A stretch of 61,493 bases of DNA, filler included, from Nitrospirae bacterium CG2_30_53_67 (GCA_001873285.1; 8 parts of 8 records of this genome joined end to end with filler, not necessarily neighbours in it), one strand, 5' to 3'; shown: positions 1-11,237, counted from the whole stretch's first letter. Numbers and translations are program-made. The notes: a model not told the origin generated them from the sequence alone.

Positions 1-1022
1 GAGATCACTTTCTTGAAGGTCATGGATTCAACAATCCCGCCAAGTCCGGCATGGATACGCTGGGGCCCGAAGCTTACGAGCCGCACCACCCCTTCCTCTT
101 CACCCTCATCGATCTCCACCTTGTCCGCCAGCATCTGCTCCCTCGCCTCCACGCAGACAAGCGAGACCGAGTCCACGCCCCGCTGCCGGAGAGCGGTCCT
201 TGCCACGTCGTAGGCCACATTGCCGCCGCCGACCACCACGACCCTGGGGCCGATGTTGATATAGCTTCCGGTATTCACATCCTTGAGAAATTCGACCCCG
301 CCGAGCACACCCCTGGACTCCGATCCCTCGACAGGGAGGATCCTCGACCGCCTGGCGCCCACAGCCAGGAGCACTGCCTCGGACTCATCGTAGAGTTTCC
401 TGAGCGGCACATCCGATCCCACATGGACCCCGAGCCGGATCTCGGCACCCAGGGCCTGAATCGCATCGATCTCCGCCTTGAGGAGCTCCCTTGGGAGCCT
501 GTAGATGGGAATGCCCGTGGCGCACATGCCGCCTGCGATCTTCTCCATTTCGTAGACCACCGGCCGGTATCCCATGAGAGCCAGATCATGTGCGCAGGCA
601 AGGCCCGCAGGCCCGGACCCCACAATCGAGACCACCGCATCCTTCTTCGCTATCCCCTGGATGCCGTCCCCCTTTTTCTTATAGACGGACCTGAACTTTT
701 TGGCGTAATCGCCCGGCACTCTAACCGCCTCCACGCCGTACTTTTCCGTGACGAAACGTTTCAGCGCACGGATGGAGACCGCCGTGTCGATCCACCCCCG
801 CCTGCAGGCGGTCTCGCAGGGGGCGCCGCAGACCCTGCCGCAGATCGAGGCGAGCGGGTTCGGGGTCCGTGCGATCCAATAGGCCTTTTCATAATCGCCC
901 GATGCGATGGCCCGCACGTAACCTCTCGAATCCGTATTCACGGGACAGCCGGTCTGGCACTTGATATTCTGCCTCCAGTACTTGTAATCAGGGATGACCA
1001 CTTGAAATTTCGGTTTGGGCAT
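1..1022 (-). CDS. GltD/SudA/NfnB-like NAD(P)-dependent Fe-S flavoprotein oxidoreductase, 5' part (runs off window start)
   Basis: Absent from the ORF track; translated by hand from ATG 1022: MPKPKFQVVIPDYKYWRQNIKCQTGCPVNTD...NPLASICGRVCGAPCETACRRG...IVGSGPAGLACAHDL...VVVVGGGNVAYDVAR. Shows N-terminal Fe-S cysteines and two Rossmann-type dinucleotide-binding motifs. Confidence 0.88.
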   Translation of the reverse strand, partial: MPKPKFQVVIPDYKYWRQNIKCQTGCPVNTDSRGYVRAIASGDYEKAYWIARTPNPLASICGRVCGAPCETACRRGWIDTAVSIRALKRFVTEKYGVEAVRVPGDYAKKFRSVYKKKGDGIQGIAKKDAVVSIVGSGPAGLACAHDLALMGYRPVVYEMEKIAGGMCATGIPIYRLPRELLKAEIDAIQALGAEIRLGVHVGSDVPLRKLYDESEAVLLAVGARRSRILPVEGSESRGVLGGVEFLKDVNTGSYINIGPRVVVVGGGNVAYDVARTALRQRGVDSVSLVCVEAREQMLADKVEIDEGEEEGVVRLVSFGPQRIHAGLGGIVESMTFKKVI

Positions 1023-1150
1023 GGAAACGCTCAATACAATCAATTCGTGAGATTTAAGACATCAGACAACCTTCTATATACCGTTTATATCAGAATCAAG
1101 CAAGTACTATCCCATGATCTTTTCTACTGCAATACACTGCAATACCTTAT

Positions 1151-1166
1151 TGCAAGGTTTATGCCA
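1151..1166 (-). promoter_or_regulatory. sigma54 (-24/-12) promoter for the oxidoreductase
   Basis: Minus strand reads TGGCATAAACCTTGCA (GG-N10-GC), about 130 bp upstream of ATG 1022, with an NtrC-family gene upstream on the same strand. Confidence 0.75.
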
Positions 1167-1428
1167 TAATCAAAACTATATGCATCCTTCTTGGGTTTAA
1201 TAATAAAAACATTATGATAACAATAGGTTATGAAGCACCGGAGGTGAGGAAAGAAGAGCGGCTTTGGTTCACATCTCGCTGGACTGAATACTGGATGTTA
1301 CATAAACATCCCATCTTCGTTGGTAACATTGTGTTTTTATAGGATATTCAACCGTATATTCCCGTATACGAGCAAGACTGATTCTCCTTATCAGCATGCC
1401 ATAGGAATCTTGCCGGAATGTCCACTTA

Positions 1429-1615
1429 GTGGTCCTATTCGTAAATACGGTCTCATTTGAGCCTGCCTGTGCCATGGCAGACAGGTGCCGTAGGGCGGTC
1501 TCTTCAGCGTTCCGCTCCTTGCGGCGTACCACAGGGGGTACACCTCAATCGCGTGCCTTGATGAGACCGCCCTACGTCACTCTCGGTACGTTACCATGTT
1601 TACGAACAAGACCAC
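1429..1615. mobile_element. MITE family A, 187 bp, with TTA target duplication
   Basis: Imperfect TIRs GTGGTCCTATTCGTAAATACGGT / ACCATGTTTACGAACAAGACCAC, TTA on both sides (1426-1428, 1616-1618), internal hairpins, and a second copy at 11338-11502. Confidence 0.8.
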
Positions 1616-1731
1616 TTAAGCTGCAGGACAAGAGAGTATACAGGAAAGCAGCCTCCGAGAGCCTCCGAGCCGGACCATGACGAAAGATACGGGATGAGCA
1701 GGAAAACCCGCTTCTGGATGAAGAAGCGGAA

Positions 1732-3141
1732 CTAACGGCCATACGAAACGCCGTCTTCTATATCCTCTCTGAAGGAAAGTCCGTGTTTTTTTATGATCCG
1801 GTGGAGGGCGGCCCGGGTGAGTCCGCACCGCTCAGCGGCCCTGGAAATATTCCCGTTGCATTCGCATAGAATATTCTGCACATACTCTTTCTGGAAGAGC
1901 CCAAGAATCCGCTCCTTTGCCTCGTCATAGGGGAGGCCGTAAAAAGGTCTGACCAGACCGCCGAACCGCTTCTCCTCATCGCTGAGCACCATATCGCTCT
2001 GCCTGATCTCCTCCCCCTCGGAGATCAGGGCGGCCCGGTGCAGGGTATTCTCGAGTTCTCTCACATTGCCCGGCCAGGGATAGGCCATGATGACCCGCAT
2101 GGCATCCGGCATGATCCGTTTGGATGGGAGGCCCTGTGCCGTGCAGAATCTCTTCAGGATGTGGCTGGCGATCAGGGGGATGTCCTCTCGTCTTTCCCTG
2201 AGCGGCGGCACCTTGATGGGGACCACATGAATCCGGTAGTAGAGGTCTTCACGGAACTTTCCCGCCTTGACCTCCTCTGCGAGGTCCCGGTTGGCGGCGG
2301 CAAGGATCCGCACATCCACCTTCACCGGCTGGGTCTGGCCGAGTGGCAGGATCTCCCCCTCCTGCAGGACCCTGAGCAGTTTGGCCTGAAAGGCCTCGGA
2401 CATGTTCGAGATATCGTCCAGGAATATGGTTCCGCCGGATGCTTCCAGGAACAGGCCCTTCCGGTCCTGGTCGGCGCCTGTAAAGGCACCCTTCCTGCTC
2501 CCGAAAAGCTCCGACTCCAGAAGCGTGTCCGGAAGAGCGGCGGAATTGACCGCGATGAACTTTTCCTGCACCCTCAAGGACTGCATGTGGATGGCCCTTG
2601 CAATCAGCTCCTTTCCGGTCCCGCTTTCCCCCAGGATCAGGACCGGGACATTGGTCGGGGCGATCCTCCCGATCAGCGAAAAGATCTCCAGCATCTGCCT
2701 GTCCCTGCCGATGATCCTGTAGAACCCCTGCTGCTCTTCCACCTGATTGCGAAGACGGTCCAGTTCGGCCTCGAGTTCCTGTTCATGGACGGCGCGCTGC
2801 AACGTCAGGATGACCTCATCGTTGTTAAACGGTTTGGTGACGTAATGGTAGGCGCCCAGCCACATGGCCTCCACGGCCGTCTCAATGGTGCCGAAACCCG
2901 TGATGACGATCACTTCGGTCCTGGGCCATTTCTCTTTGACCTTCTTCAGCAATTCAATCCCATGCATGCCCCCCATCTTGATATCGGTGATCACGAAATC
3001 AAAATAGCGGTGCCTCAGCAGTTCAAGCGCCTCCTCTGAAGAGGCCGCCCCCTTCACATCAAAACTTTTTTTGCCGAGGATGAGCTGAAGGCCCCTCCTC
3101 ACATCACTCTCGTCGTCGACAACCAGAACGCTCCAGGACAT
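1732..3141 (-). CDS. sigma54-dependent NtrC/AtoC-family response regulator (REC-AAA+-HTH)
   Basis: REC (VLVVDDE, ITDIKM), Walker A GESGTGKE, GAFTGA, WPGNVRELEN and a C-terminal Fis-type HTH. Confidence 0.95.
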   Translation of the reverse strand: MSWSVLVVDDESDVRRGLQLILGKKSFDVKGAASSEEALELLRHRYFDFVITDIKMGGMHGIELLKKVKEKWPRTEVIVITGFGTIETAVEAMWLGAYHYVTKPFNNDEVILTLQRAVHEQELEAELDRLRNQVEEQQGFYRIIGRDRQMLEIFSLIGRIAPTNVPVLILGESGTGKELIARAIHMQSLRVQEKFIAVNSAALPDTLLESELFGSRKGAFTGADQDRKGLFLEASGGTIFLDDISNMSEAFQAKLLRVLQEGEILPLGQTQPVKVDVRILAAANRDLAEEVKAGKFREDLYYRIHVVPIKVPPLRERREDIPLIASHILKRFCTAQGLPSKRIMPDAMRVIMAYPWPGNVRELENTLHRAALISEGEEIRQSDMVLSDEEKRFGGLVRPFYGLPYDEAKERILGLFQKEYVQNILCECNGNISRAAERCGLTRAALHRIIKKHGLSFREDIEDGVSYGR

Positions 3142-3152
3142 AGGTCACCTCA

Positions 3153-5408
3153 TCAAGCCCCGACGGTCTCAGCCTTTTCCACGGCGGGAAGCGTGATGAT
3201 GAAGCGGGTTCCGTTACCGGTCTCGCTTTTCACCCTGATCGTTCCACCGTGAGACTCGATCACCTTCTTGGATATGGATAAGCCGAGCCCCGTTCCGATA
3301 CCGCTGGGCTTGGTGGAAAAAAAGGGGTCGAAGATCTTGTCAATATTTTCGGACGGGATCCCGGGACCGGAATCCTGGATCTCCACCTCGATCCCGGAGG
3401 CGCCGTTACAGGACGTCTTCAAGGTGAGAACGCCGCGGCTCTCCATGGCCTGCATGGCGTTCATGATCATGTTGACAAAGACCTGCCTGATCTGCTCCTC
3501 GTCTCCCATAAACTCCCGGATCCCCTCATCCAGTGAAAAGACCACCTCGTGGTCCTTTTTCCCGAGCAGCGGCCTGTAGAGGTCCACCGCTTCCTTCAGA
3601 CATCTGTTGATATTAAACGGCTGGCGCTTTACGGGGCTCCGGGCTGCATAGTCGAGAAGCCCCCGTATGATCTTCTTGCAGACCTGGGTGTTTCTCATAA
3701 TGACCTCGGCATGCTCCCTGTAGGGGGTCTCCCCGGTACATTCGTCGATCAGCATCTGGGCAAACATGGACATGGCCGCAAGGGGGTTGTTCAGCTCGTG
3801 GGCGATGGCCGCGGAAAGCTCACCCACGACCATCATCTTCTCCTGGTGCAGGAGGCGATCTTCCATCTGTTTCCTTTCGGTGATGTCCCGGCTGACCATG
3901 ACGATCCCGAGGGCCTTGCCGGACGGATTATGGACGTAGGTGCAGGTATTCTCATAGATCCTTCCCCGTGCATGCAGGACCTTCCGGCAGCCTTTCTTAT
4001 TCCCCGCGGCCATGCCTTCCATCTGCTTCCTGAAACAGCCGTCAACCTCTGCCGCGAACCGGGCCTGTAGGCCCTCCGCCCCGTCTCTGCTGATGATCCA
4101 TGCCCCTTCGGCCGCCGAATTAAAAAGCGAGATGTTTCCGTTCAGGTCGATAAAGATGACCCCGTCGCTCATGCACTGGATCACGGCATTCAGAAGATCC
4201 TTCTCGTACCTGACCTCGCGCTCTCTTTTCTTCAATTCACCGGTATATTCTTCAAGCTTCTTCGCCCTCTCAAAGAGTCCGAAAGACATCCGGTTGAAGG
4301 CCCGTGAAAGCTCTCCGATCTCATCCCTTGAATCCACATGCACTGAAACATCAAACTTCCCCTCCTCGATCATCTTGGCCGCGGACCTAAGCCTGAGTAT
4401 GGGGCCGATCATGAAATTCAGCGGAAAGAACAGGAGCACCATCGTGATGAAGACCAGCGCACAACCTACAAAGAAGAGCCTTTGCCTCAGGAGCAAAACC
4501 GGCCTGAAGGCCTCGTCCGTCTCCAGTTCGGTGACCAGCGTCCATCCCTGCGCAGGCAGACGGACGGAGACATAGACCACCTCTCTCCCTCTGTAAGACG
4601 CCATGATCCCATGCCCGTCAATGAAGGCCCGGGTGCTCATATGGCTCTTTTGCAGGAAAGCGTCTTTGTATTTCAGGCGGCGTGTGGAGGTGATGAACCG
4701 GCCTTCCCGGTCAAGGATGTAACTGTCCAGGGTCCTGTTCACCTGATGGATATCCCTGCCCTAGCCCGGCAGGGGAATCCCCGCCTGGACGACTTCGCTC
4801 AGGACCTCCGGCTTGATCCGGTTCACGATGACCCCCACGAACTCATGGGTCTCCTTGTCCGTGAGAGGGGCTGAGATCTCCAGGGAGGGCCTCCCCTCTC
4901 CGGCATGTTCGCCCGTCCGTATCTCTCCCATGAATATCGTGGAGCGCCCTCCGACAAACCAGGGATTTTTCGATGCATCCAGACCAACCCTCGCGGGATC
5001 AGAGGAGGCGAGAATAAGACCATCTCTGCCCGCAACTGAGGTTTCAAAAAATTCCGGGACGATACCCATCTTGTTGACGCGCAGGTGTCTGGAGAGTTCC
5101 CGCTGCAAGGCAGGATGAGAGGACGTCTGGAGCCTGAACGCCGCATCACGGATGAACCCGTCGGAGCTGAAGTCTTCGGTCCTCTTTTTCAAGGCGTCGA
5201 TAAAGGAGGTCACGTGCTGGACCTGAACCTGCCCGGTCAGGAAGAGGTCTTTCAGTACCTGGTCCTTAAGGGCGTCCCGGGTGGTCTGGTAACTCACGAG
5301 GCCGCCGATGCCGAGCGAGACGACCGAGATCAGGACAAAGGTCAGAGTCAATTTGTATTTGACGGGTACAAAGTAGAGAGGATCCTTCAAGTCGCGCCCC
5401 CATGTCAT
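3153..5408 (-). pseudogene. Membrane sensor histidine kinase (TM-Cache-TM-HAMP-PAS-HisKA-HATPase) interrupted by one in-frame TAG at 4761-4763
   Basis: ORFs 4761..5414 and 3153..4742 share a frame: ...CTG CCG GGC TAG GGC AGG GAT ATC CAT CAG GTG AAC... H-box AHELNNPL; N/G boxes NAMQAM, DSGPGI, GTGLGL. Could be a nonsense allele, a split gene or a readthrough site. Confidence 0.75.
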
Positions 5409-5414
5409 GCACAA

Positions 5415-5636
5415 TCAGAACGTATACATCACCTGCACGTAGCTGAAGTCCGCATTGTCCCCGGTCTTCTGCGGAGGCGCATCCTCGATGAAGTCCCCTG
5501 CAATGAAGTAGGAGTATCCGCCCAGGAAACTCCAGTGCTGATTTAGTTTGTATTGGACAAGCAGATCGATCTCCTGCCCCGCGTCTTTCCCGGAATGGCC
5601 GGTTGTGTCTCTCCGGGTCACCTTCCCCCCGGCGCC
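5415..5636 (-). CDS. Outer-membrane beta-barrel, alginate-export-family-like, C-terminal part
   Basis: ...GQEIDLLVQYKLNQHWSFLGGYSYFIAGDFI...ADFSYVQVMYTF*: amphipathic strands and a terminal Phe. Truncated by the linker. Confidence 0.7.
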   Translation of the reverse strand, partial: GAGGKVTRRDTTGHSGKDAGQEIDLLVQYKLNQHWSFLGGYSYFIAGDFIEDAPPQKTGDNADFSYVQVMYTF

Positions 5637-5736
5637 NNNNNNNNNNNNNNNNNNNNNNNNNNNNNNNNNNNNNNNNNNNNTTAATTAATTAANNNNNNNN
5701 NNNNNNNNNNNNNNNNNNNNNNNNNNNNNNNNNNNN
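5637..5736. other. Artificial contig linker; others at 11238-11337, 16763-16862, 39761-39860, 45280-45379, 51099-51198, 56278-56377
   Basis: Identical 100-bp N run with a central TTAATTAATTAA (stops in all six frames). Confidence 0.99.
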
Positions 5737-5845
5737 GGTGGGAGGGGATGAAGGGGAGGGGGGTAACAAGCTGAATTCACAGCATTTCTCACCCTCTCCC
5801 ATTCAAGGGAGAGGGGGTTTTTTAGACTTTTTACGAGTTCATCAA
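5737..5845. repeat. REP-like hairpins (CCCTCTCCC...GGGAGAGGG) followed by a MITE-like end GACTTTTTACGAGTTCATCAA
   Basis: Related hairpins at 41059-41147, 44722-44762 and 55761-55912. Related end motif at 53112-53131 and, inverted, at about 10084-10102. Confidence 0.6.
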
Positions 5846-5880
5846 TGGTAAGCCCCGTTAGAAAGCGGAGTCTTTAATCC

Positions 5881-7149
5881 ATGCATCATTTTCATTACAA
5901 GGGCGATGACCTCTACTGCGAAGAAGTCCCTGTGAGCCGGGTGGCCGAAGAGGTGGGAACGCCCCTTTACCTCTACAGTACCGCTACCCTGGAGCGGCAC
6001 TACCATGCCTTCGAGGATGCGCTCAGGGATACGGATCACCTGGTCTGCTACTCGGTCAAGGCCAATTCCAATCTCGCTCTCCTCTCTCTCTTCGCCAGGC
6101 TCGGATCCGGGTTTGACATCGTCTCCGGGGGCGAGCTCTTTCGGACGCTCAAAGGCGGCGGGAATCCCGGCAGGATCGTCTTCTCCGGCGTGGGCAAGAC
6201 CGAAGAGGAGATTGAAAATGCGCTCTATGCCGGCATCTTGATGTTCAATGTGGAATCCATTCAGGAACTCCATGAGATTGACCGGATCGCCGGAAGCATG
6301 AGGAAGACCGCCAGGATCTCGTTCCGTGTGAATCCGGACGTGGACCCCCGGACCCATCCGTATATCGCCACGGGCCTCAAGAAGAGCAAGTTCGGAATCC
6401 CCATTGAGGAGGCCGGGGAGGCCTACCGCCTGGCCCGGACCCTCCCCCATGTGGAGACGGTGGGCGTGGATTGCCATATCGGATCCCAGCTCACCGAACT
6501 CAGCCCGTTTGAAGACGCCTTGAATCGGCTCAGAGAACTGATCAACTCCCTCCGGGAGGATGGTTTTACGATCCGCTATCTGGACCTGGGGGGCGGGCTC
6601 GGGATCAATTATGACGAAGAAGAGCCGCCGCATCCCACCGAGTACGGGAAGATGCTGATCGAAAAGACCCGGGGACTCAACTGCACCCTGATCTTTGAAC
6701 CGGGCAGGGTCATTGCAGGGAACGCGGGCGCCCTGATCACGCGGGTCCTTTATACCAAGGAGAATCTTGGAAAAAATTTCACCATCGTGGATGCGGGGAT
6801 GAACGACCTGATCCGGCCCAGCCTCTACGGGGCCTATCACAAAATCCTTCCGGTGCAGAGGAGAATATCGGAAAAGGCAGCGGCTGACGTGGTCGGCCCG
6901 ATCTGTGAGTCCGGTGACTTCATGGCCCAGGACAGGGAGATCCAGCCGAGCAGCAGGGGAGACCTCCTATCCGTCATGTCCGTGGGGGCCTACGGTTTTG
7001 TGATGTCTTCGAATTACAATTCCAGGCCCAGGGCGGCCGAGGTCCTGGTATCCGAAGACCGGTTTTATGTGGTCCGCGCCCGGGAGACCCTTGAGGATTT
7101 GATCCATGGGGAATCCATTCCGGACTTTTTAAGAGGTGAGCCACTGTGA
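5881..7149 (+). CDS. lysA: Diaminopimelate decarboxylase
   Basis: YSVKAN (PLP lysine), [30 protein letters not shown]. Confidence 0.97.
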   Translation: MHHFHYKGDDLYCEEVPVSRVAEEVGTPLYLYSTATLERHYHAFEDALRDTDHLVCYSVKANSNLALLSLFARLGSGFDIVSGGELFRTLKGGGNPGRIVFSGVGKTEEEIENALYAGILMFNVESIQELHEIDRIAGSMRKTARISFRVNPDVDPRTHPYIATGLKKSKFGIPIEEAGEAYRLARTLPHVETVGVDCHIGSQLTELSPFEDALNRLRELINSLREDGFTIRYLDLGGGLGINYDEEEPPHPTEYGKMLIEKTRGLNCTLIFEPGRVIAGNAGALITRVLYTKENLGKNFTIVDAGMNDLIRPSLYGAYHKILPVQRRISEKAAADVVGPICESGDFMAQDREIQPSSRGDLLSVMSVGAYGFVMSSNYNSRPRAAEVLVSEDRFYVVRARETLEDLIHGESIPDFLRGEPL

Positions 7150-9377
7150 AGCAGCTCCTTAAAAACCGGCGGTTCAACGAAGGACTTGGGGTGGTCCTGA
7201 TGGGAGCCATGCTCTTTATCCTGATCAGCCTCCTGACCTATCACAACAGCGACCTTTCATTCACCACCCCTGGAAACGGCCGGGTGGTCAATTACGGAGG
7301 CCTGGTCGGTTCCTATACGGCCGATATCCTCTACCATCTCTTCGGCGCCGCCGCCTATCTCTTCCCTCTCTTTATCTTCCTCTTTGCCGGGACCCGGTTT
7401 AAGAACCAGGAGTGGGACGGGAGGAGGGCTCTCTACCATGGCATCGGGGGGGTTCTCCTTGTGCTCTCGTTCTCCACCTTCCTGAGCCTGGAATACGAGA
7501 CCCTTCAGATCTTTTCTCAGACCATCCATAAGGGCGGCGGCCTTTTGGGGCAAGGGCTCTCTTCGATGATGCTGCATCTGTTCGCAAAGCTGGGGACCTA
7601 CCTGATCGTACTGATCATCCTGCTGATCTCATTCATGATTTCTACGGGGTTTTCCATCCTCTCCTTTTCCATAAAGAGTTACGCCGTTCTCAAAACCCTT
7701 TATGAGAAGGGAAAAGACCGATATATCCGTCAGAGGGAAAAGGAACAGAAGACCGAGGTCTTCAAGAAAAAAATCGAGATCAAAAGCAGACTGCCCAAGC
7801 CCAAGGTGGAGGAGAAAAAAGAGATTTCCAAGGGGATCGAGGTCTTTCAGGAAGAACTCGATCTTCACACCGCGGACGGGGACTACCGCCTCCCGCCGGT
7901 TACGCTCCTGGAAGATCCCCCGGAATCCGAAAGAAAGGTCAGCCGTGAGGAGCTGCTGATGAATTCCGAGATCCTGGAAAAGAAGCTCGCCGACTTCGGG
8001 ATCCACGGGCAGGTGACCGAGGTCCATCCCGGGCCCGTGGTCACCATGTACGAATACCAGCCCGCGCCCGGGATCAAGGTGAGCAAGATCGTCAACCTGG
8101 CCGATGATCTGGCCATGGCCATGCGGGCGGTCCGGGTCCGGATCGTGGCGCCGCTCCCCGGAAAGGCCGCGGTGGGGATCGAGATCCCGAACAACAACCG
8201 GGAAGACGTCTATATGAAAGATATTCTCACCTCGGAAAGTTATCAAAAGGTCCCGTCCAAGCTCAAGCTCGCCCTGGGCAAGAATATCTTCGGGGAGCCG
8301 TTCCATTACGACCTGGCCAAGATGCCGCATCTCCTGGTGGCCGGCGCCACGGGTTCCGGGAAATCCGTGGCCGTGAATGCCATGATCATCAGTCTCCTCT
8401 TCAACGCCAGCCCCGAAGAGGTGCGGATGATCCTGGTGGATCCCAAGATGCTGGAACTTTCCACCTACGACGGGATCCCCCACCTCATCACTCCGGTGGT
8501 GACCGACTCCAGAAAAGCGGCCGGGGCGCTCTTCTGGGCCGTCAAGGAGATGGAGCGGCGCTATATCCTTCTATCGGAAAAAGGTGTGCGGAATATCATC
8601 GGTTTCAACCGGACCATTGAAAAGGAGATCAAGGAATGGGCGCAGAAAAAAAAGGGCCTTTTGCTGGATAAAAATCAGGAGCAGGATCCGGGAGAGAAAC
8701 CTCAAAAGCTCCCCTATCTCGTGATCGTGATCGATGAACTGGCGGATCTGATGATGGTCGCCGGAAGGAATGTGGAAGAGGCCATCACCAGGCTCTCCCA
8801 GATGGCCCGTGCCGCGGGTATCCATCTCATCATGGCCACCCAGCGCCCTTCCACCGATGTGATTACAGGAATCATCAAGGCCAATTTCCCGGCCCGGATC
8901 TCATTCCAGGTCTCATCCAAGTATGATTCGAGGACCATCCTCGATACCGTCGGCTCCGAGCACCTCCTCGGCAAGGGGGATATGCTCTTCATGCCGCCGG
9001 CCTCCTCGCAGCTCATCCGTCTCCACGGCTCATTCCTGTCGGACGACGACATCAGAAAGGTGGTTGATTTCGTGAAGAAGCAGGGGAATCCGGAATATGA
9101 CGAGGAGGTCCTCACCGTAGGGCTCGAGTCCGAATCGGATCAGGAAGAGGAGGAACCCTACGATGAATTCTATGATGCCGCGGTGCAACTGGTGATCGAA
9201 AGCCGTCAGGCATCCATCTCCATGCTCCAGCGCAGGCTCCGCGTGGGCTACAACCGGGCGGCGCGTATGATCGAGCGCATGGAAAAAGAGCGTGTAGTCG
9301 GGCCGGCGGACGGCGCCCGGCCCCGCGAGGTTCTGGTCGGGAAAGATTTCAATATTAATGATGGAGGAAGTAGATAA
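7146..9377 (+). CDS. ftsK: DNA translocase FtsK
   Basis: N-terminal TM segments, [29 protein letters not shown], gamma domain [14 protein letters not shown]. Confidence 0.97.
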   Translation: MKQLLKNRRFNEGLGVVLMGAMLFILISLLTYHNSDLSFTTPGNGRVVNYGGLVGSYTADILYHLFGAAAYLFPLFIFLFAGTRFKNQEWDGRRALYHGIGGVLLVLSFSTFLSLEYETLQIFSQTIHKGGGLLGQGLSSMMLHLFAKLGTYLIVLIILLISFMISTGFSILSFSIKSYAVLKTLYEKGKDRYIRQREKEQKTEVFKKKIEIKSRLPKPKVEEKKEISKGIEVFQEELDLHTADGDYRLPPVTLLEDPPESERKVSREELLMNSEILEKKLADFGIHGQVTEVHPGPVVTMYEYQPAPGIKVSKIVNLADDLAMAMRAVRVRIVAPLPGKAAVGIEIPNNNREDVYMKDILTSESYQKVPSKLKLALGKNIFGEPFHYDLAKMPHLLVAGATGSGKSVAVNAMIISLLFNASPEEVRMILVDPKMLELSTYDGIPHLITPVVTDSRKAAGALFWAVKEMERRYILLSEKGVRNIIGFNRTIEKEIKEWAQKKKGLLLDKNQEQDPGEKPQKLPYLVIVIDELADLMMVAGRNVEEAITRLSQMARAAGIHLIMATQRPSTDVITGIIKANFPARISFQVSSKYDSRTILDTVGSEHLLGKGDMLFMPPASSQLIRLHGSFLSDDDIRKVVDFVKKQGNPEYDEEVLTVGLESESDQEEEEPYDEFYDAAVQLVIESRQASISMLQRRLRVGYNRAARMIERMEKERVVGPADGARPREVLVGKDFNINDGGSR

Positions 9378-10081
9378 TGAGATCTTTTAGAACATCTCTT
9401 TTCAGGAACGTACGGTTTTGTCTTCTTGCTGCGCTCCTTTTTCTTGCGTGCCTCTCGGCCCGGGCTTTTGCCGACGGCGCCCCCGCCCTGGACCTTTCAA
9501 CTGTGATTCAGAAGGTGGAGGAACATTATAAGGCTATGACCGATCTTCAGGCGCATTTCATCCAACTGGCCCGGATCCTTTCTTTTCCGCAGGACCAGCG
9601 TTCCGAAGGAACGGTCTATCTCAAGCGGAACCGGATGATGCGCTGGGACTACGAGACCCCGTCAAAAGACCAGTATTTTATCCACGGGGATATGGTCATC
9701 TATTACGCCCCTGACGTGAAACAGGCCCGGCGTATCAATCTCAGCGGCAGGGAAGGGATCCGCTCCCCCATGGTCTTCTTCGAAGGCCTGAGATCAGCGG
9801 AGGCGGACTATACGATCTCCTTCAACAAGGACCCGAACTTCGACCGCTCCACTCGGTATATCCTGGAACTTAAGCCCAGAGACCAGAAAAAGATCCCGCT
9901 CCTGAAGATCCTTCTCTTCATCAGCAAGACCGACTTCCAGGTGGAGCGGGTGGACCAGTATGACCTCTACAAGAATGTGACCGAGCTTCATTTCCGTGAT
10001 AATCGGACCAACCAGGACCTCCCGGATTCGCTCTTCGTTTTCCAGCCTCCGGAAGGGGTGGAGGTGATCAATCAGCCATGA
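9377..10081 (+). CDS. lolA: Outer-membrane lipoprotein carrier protein LolA
   Basis: Signal peptide, MRWDYETP motif, C-terminal LFVFQPPEG; follows ftsK. Confidence 0.88.
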   Translation: MRSFRTSLFRNVRFCLLAALLFLACLSARAFADGAPALDLSTVIQKVEEHYKAMTDLQAHFIQLARILSFPQDQRSEGTVYLKRNRMMRWDYETPSKDQYFIHGDMVIYYAPDVKQARRINLSGREGIRSPMVFFEGLRSAEADYTISFNKDPNFDRSTRYILELKPRDQKKIPLLKILLFISKTDFQVERVDQYDLYKNVTELHFRDNRTNQDLPDSLFVFQPPEGVEVINQP

Positions 10082-10115
10082 GGGACGGCTTCGTAAAAAA
10101 TCGATCGGGTGCAAG

Positions 10116-11237
10116 ATGAAGAGGGAAAAAATCGGCCTGGTCTCGCTCGGGTGCCCCAAAAATCTGGTGGACAGCGAAGAGATGCTCGGGCGGCTGGCCG
10201 GGGCCGGTTATGAGTTTACATCAAAGGAGGAGGAGGCTGACCTGATCCTGATCAACACCTGCGGATTCATTGAGTCCGCCAAGGAGGAGTCCATCGATAC
10301 CATTCTCTCCTACTGTGAAAGAAGGGCCCATGGCGGACTCAAAGGGCTTCTGGTCACCGGCTGCCTGGCGGAGCGGTACGCCGGTGAACTTCAAAGCGAG
10401 ATCCCGGAGGTGGACCGTTTTCTCCCGCTCCGGGAAGAGAAGAAGATCGTCGAGGTGGTGGACCGGATTTTGTCCGTAAAAAACCCGCTTCCTGAAGAGG
10501 CAGCGCAAACTGCTCATCCGCAAAAGCGCACGATCCTGACCCCGTTCTACACCGCGTACCTGAAGATCTCCGAAGGATGCAGCAACCGGTGCGCCTACTG
10601 TGCCATCCCCCTGATCCGAGGGCCGCAAAAAAGCAGGAAGAACCAGGATCTGGTCAGCGAGGCCGAGGATCTTTGCGAGAGAGGCGTAAGGGAGATCATC
10701 CTTATCGGGCAGGACATCGCCGGGTTCGGCAGCGACCGGAGAGAGCCTGGGAATCTGATCCCCCTGATCAGAGGGTTGTCCCAAATCGGAGGCCTCGAAT
10801 GGATCCGGCTCATGTATGTGCATCCGGACCACCTCACCCATGATCTCATCACCCTCATGGCCGAGGAGCCCAAGATCGTCCCTTACCTGGATCTTCCCAT
10901 CCAGCATATCAACGATGCCGTCCTCAAGAGCATGAACCGTAAGTCAGGCTCTTCAGCCATCCGCGAACAGATCAAGAAACTCCGGAAGGCTGTCCAGGGA
11001 CTGGTCCTGAGAACGACCCTCATGGTCGGCTTCCCGGGCGAAACCGAAGACGCCTTCCGGGAACTATGCGGCTTTGTTTCAGAGACCCGCTTCGACCATC
11101 TCGGCGCCTTTGCGTACTCACAGGAAGAGGGAACGCAGGCGGCAGAGCTTCCGGACCAGATCGCAGATGAGATCAAGACCGAACGGCTGAATACGATCCT
11201 AAACCTTCAGGCCGGCATATCCAAACAGAAAAACCGG
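10116..11237 (+). CDS. rimO: Ribosomal protein S12 methylthiotransferase RimO (3'-truncated)
   Basis: SLGCPKNLVDSE, NTCGFIESAKEES, radical SAM CSNRCAYC. Confidence 0.95.

Noticed and set aside
51..1169. 372-aa + strand ORF and many other long antisense ORFs (e.g. 2038-3039, 5842-6840, 42517-43755, 51332-52543)
   Set aside because: Shadows of real genes on the opposite strand; no recognisable motifs.
1269..1680. ORFs 1269-1532 and 1429-1680, and likewise 11290-11529, 11456-11776, 11502-11873
   Set aside because: They are translations of the MITE sequences, not genes.
4761..4763. Genome-wide TAG reassignment
   Set aside because: TAG ends mreB, ribH, pilP, lptD and others at plausible C-termini, so it is a normal stop in this genome.
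5637..5736. Repeated N-TTAATTAATTAA-N blocks (7 copies)
   Set aside because: Artificial contig spacers. Adjacency across them has no biological meaning, and ORFs ending in X or LIN are artefacts.
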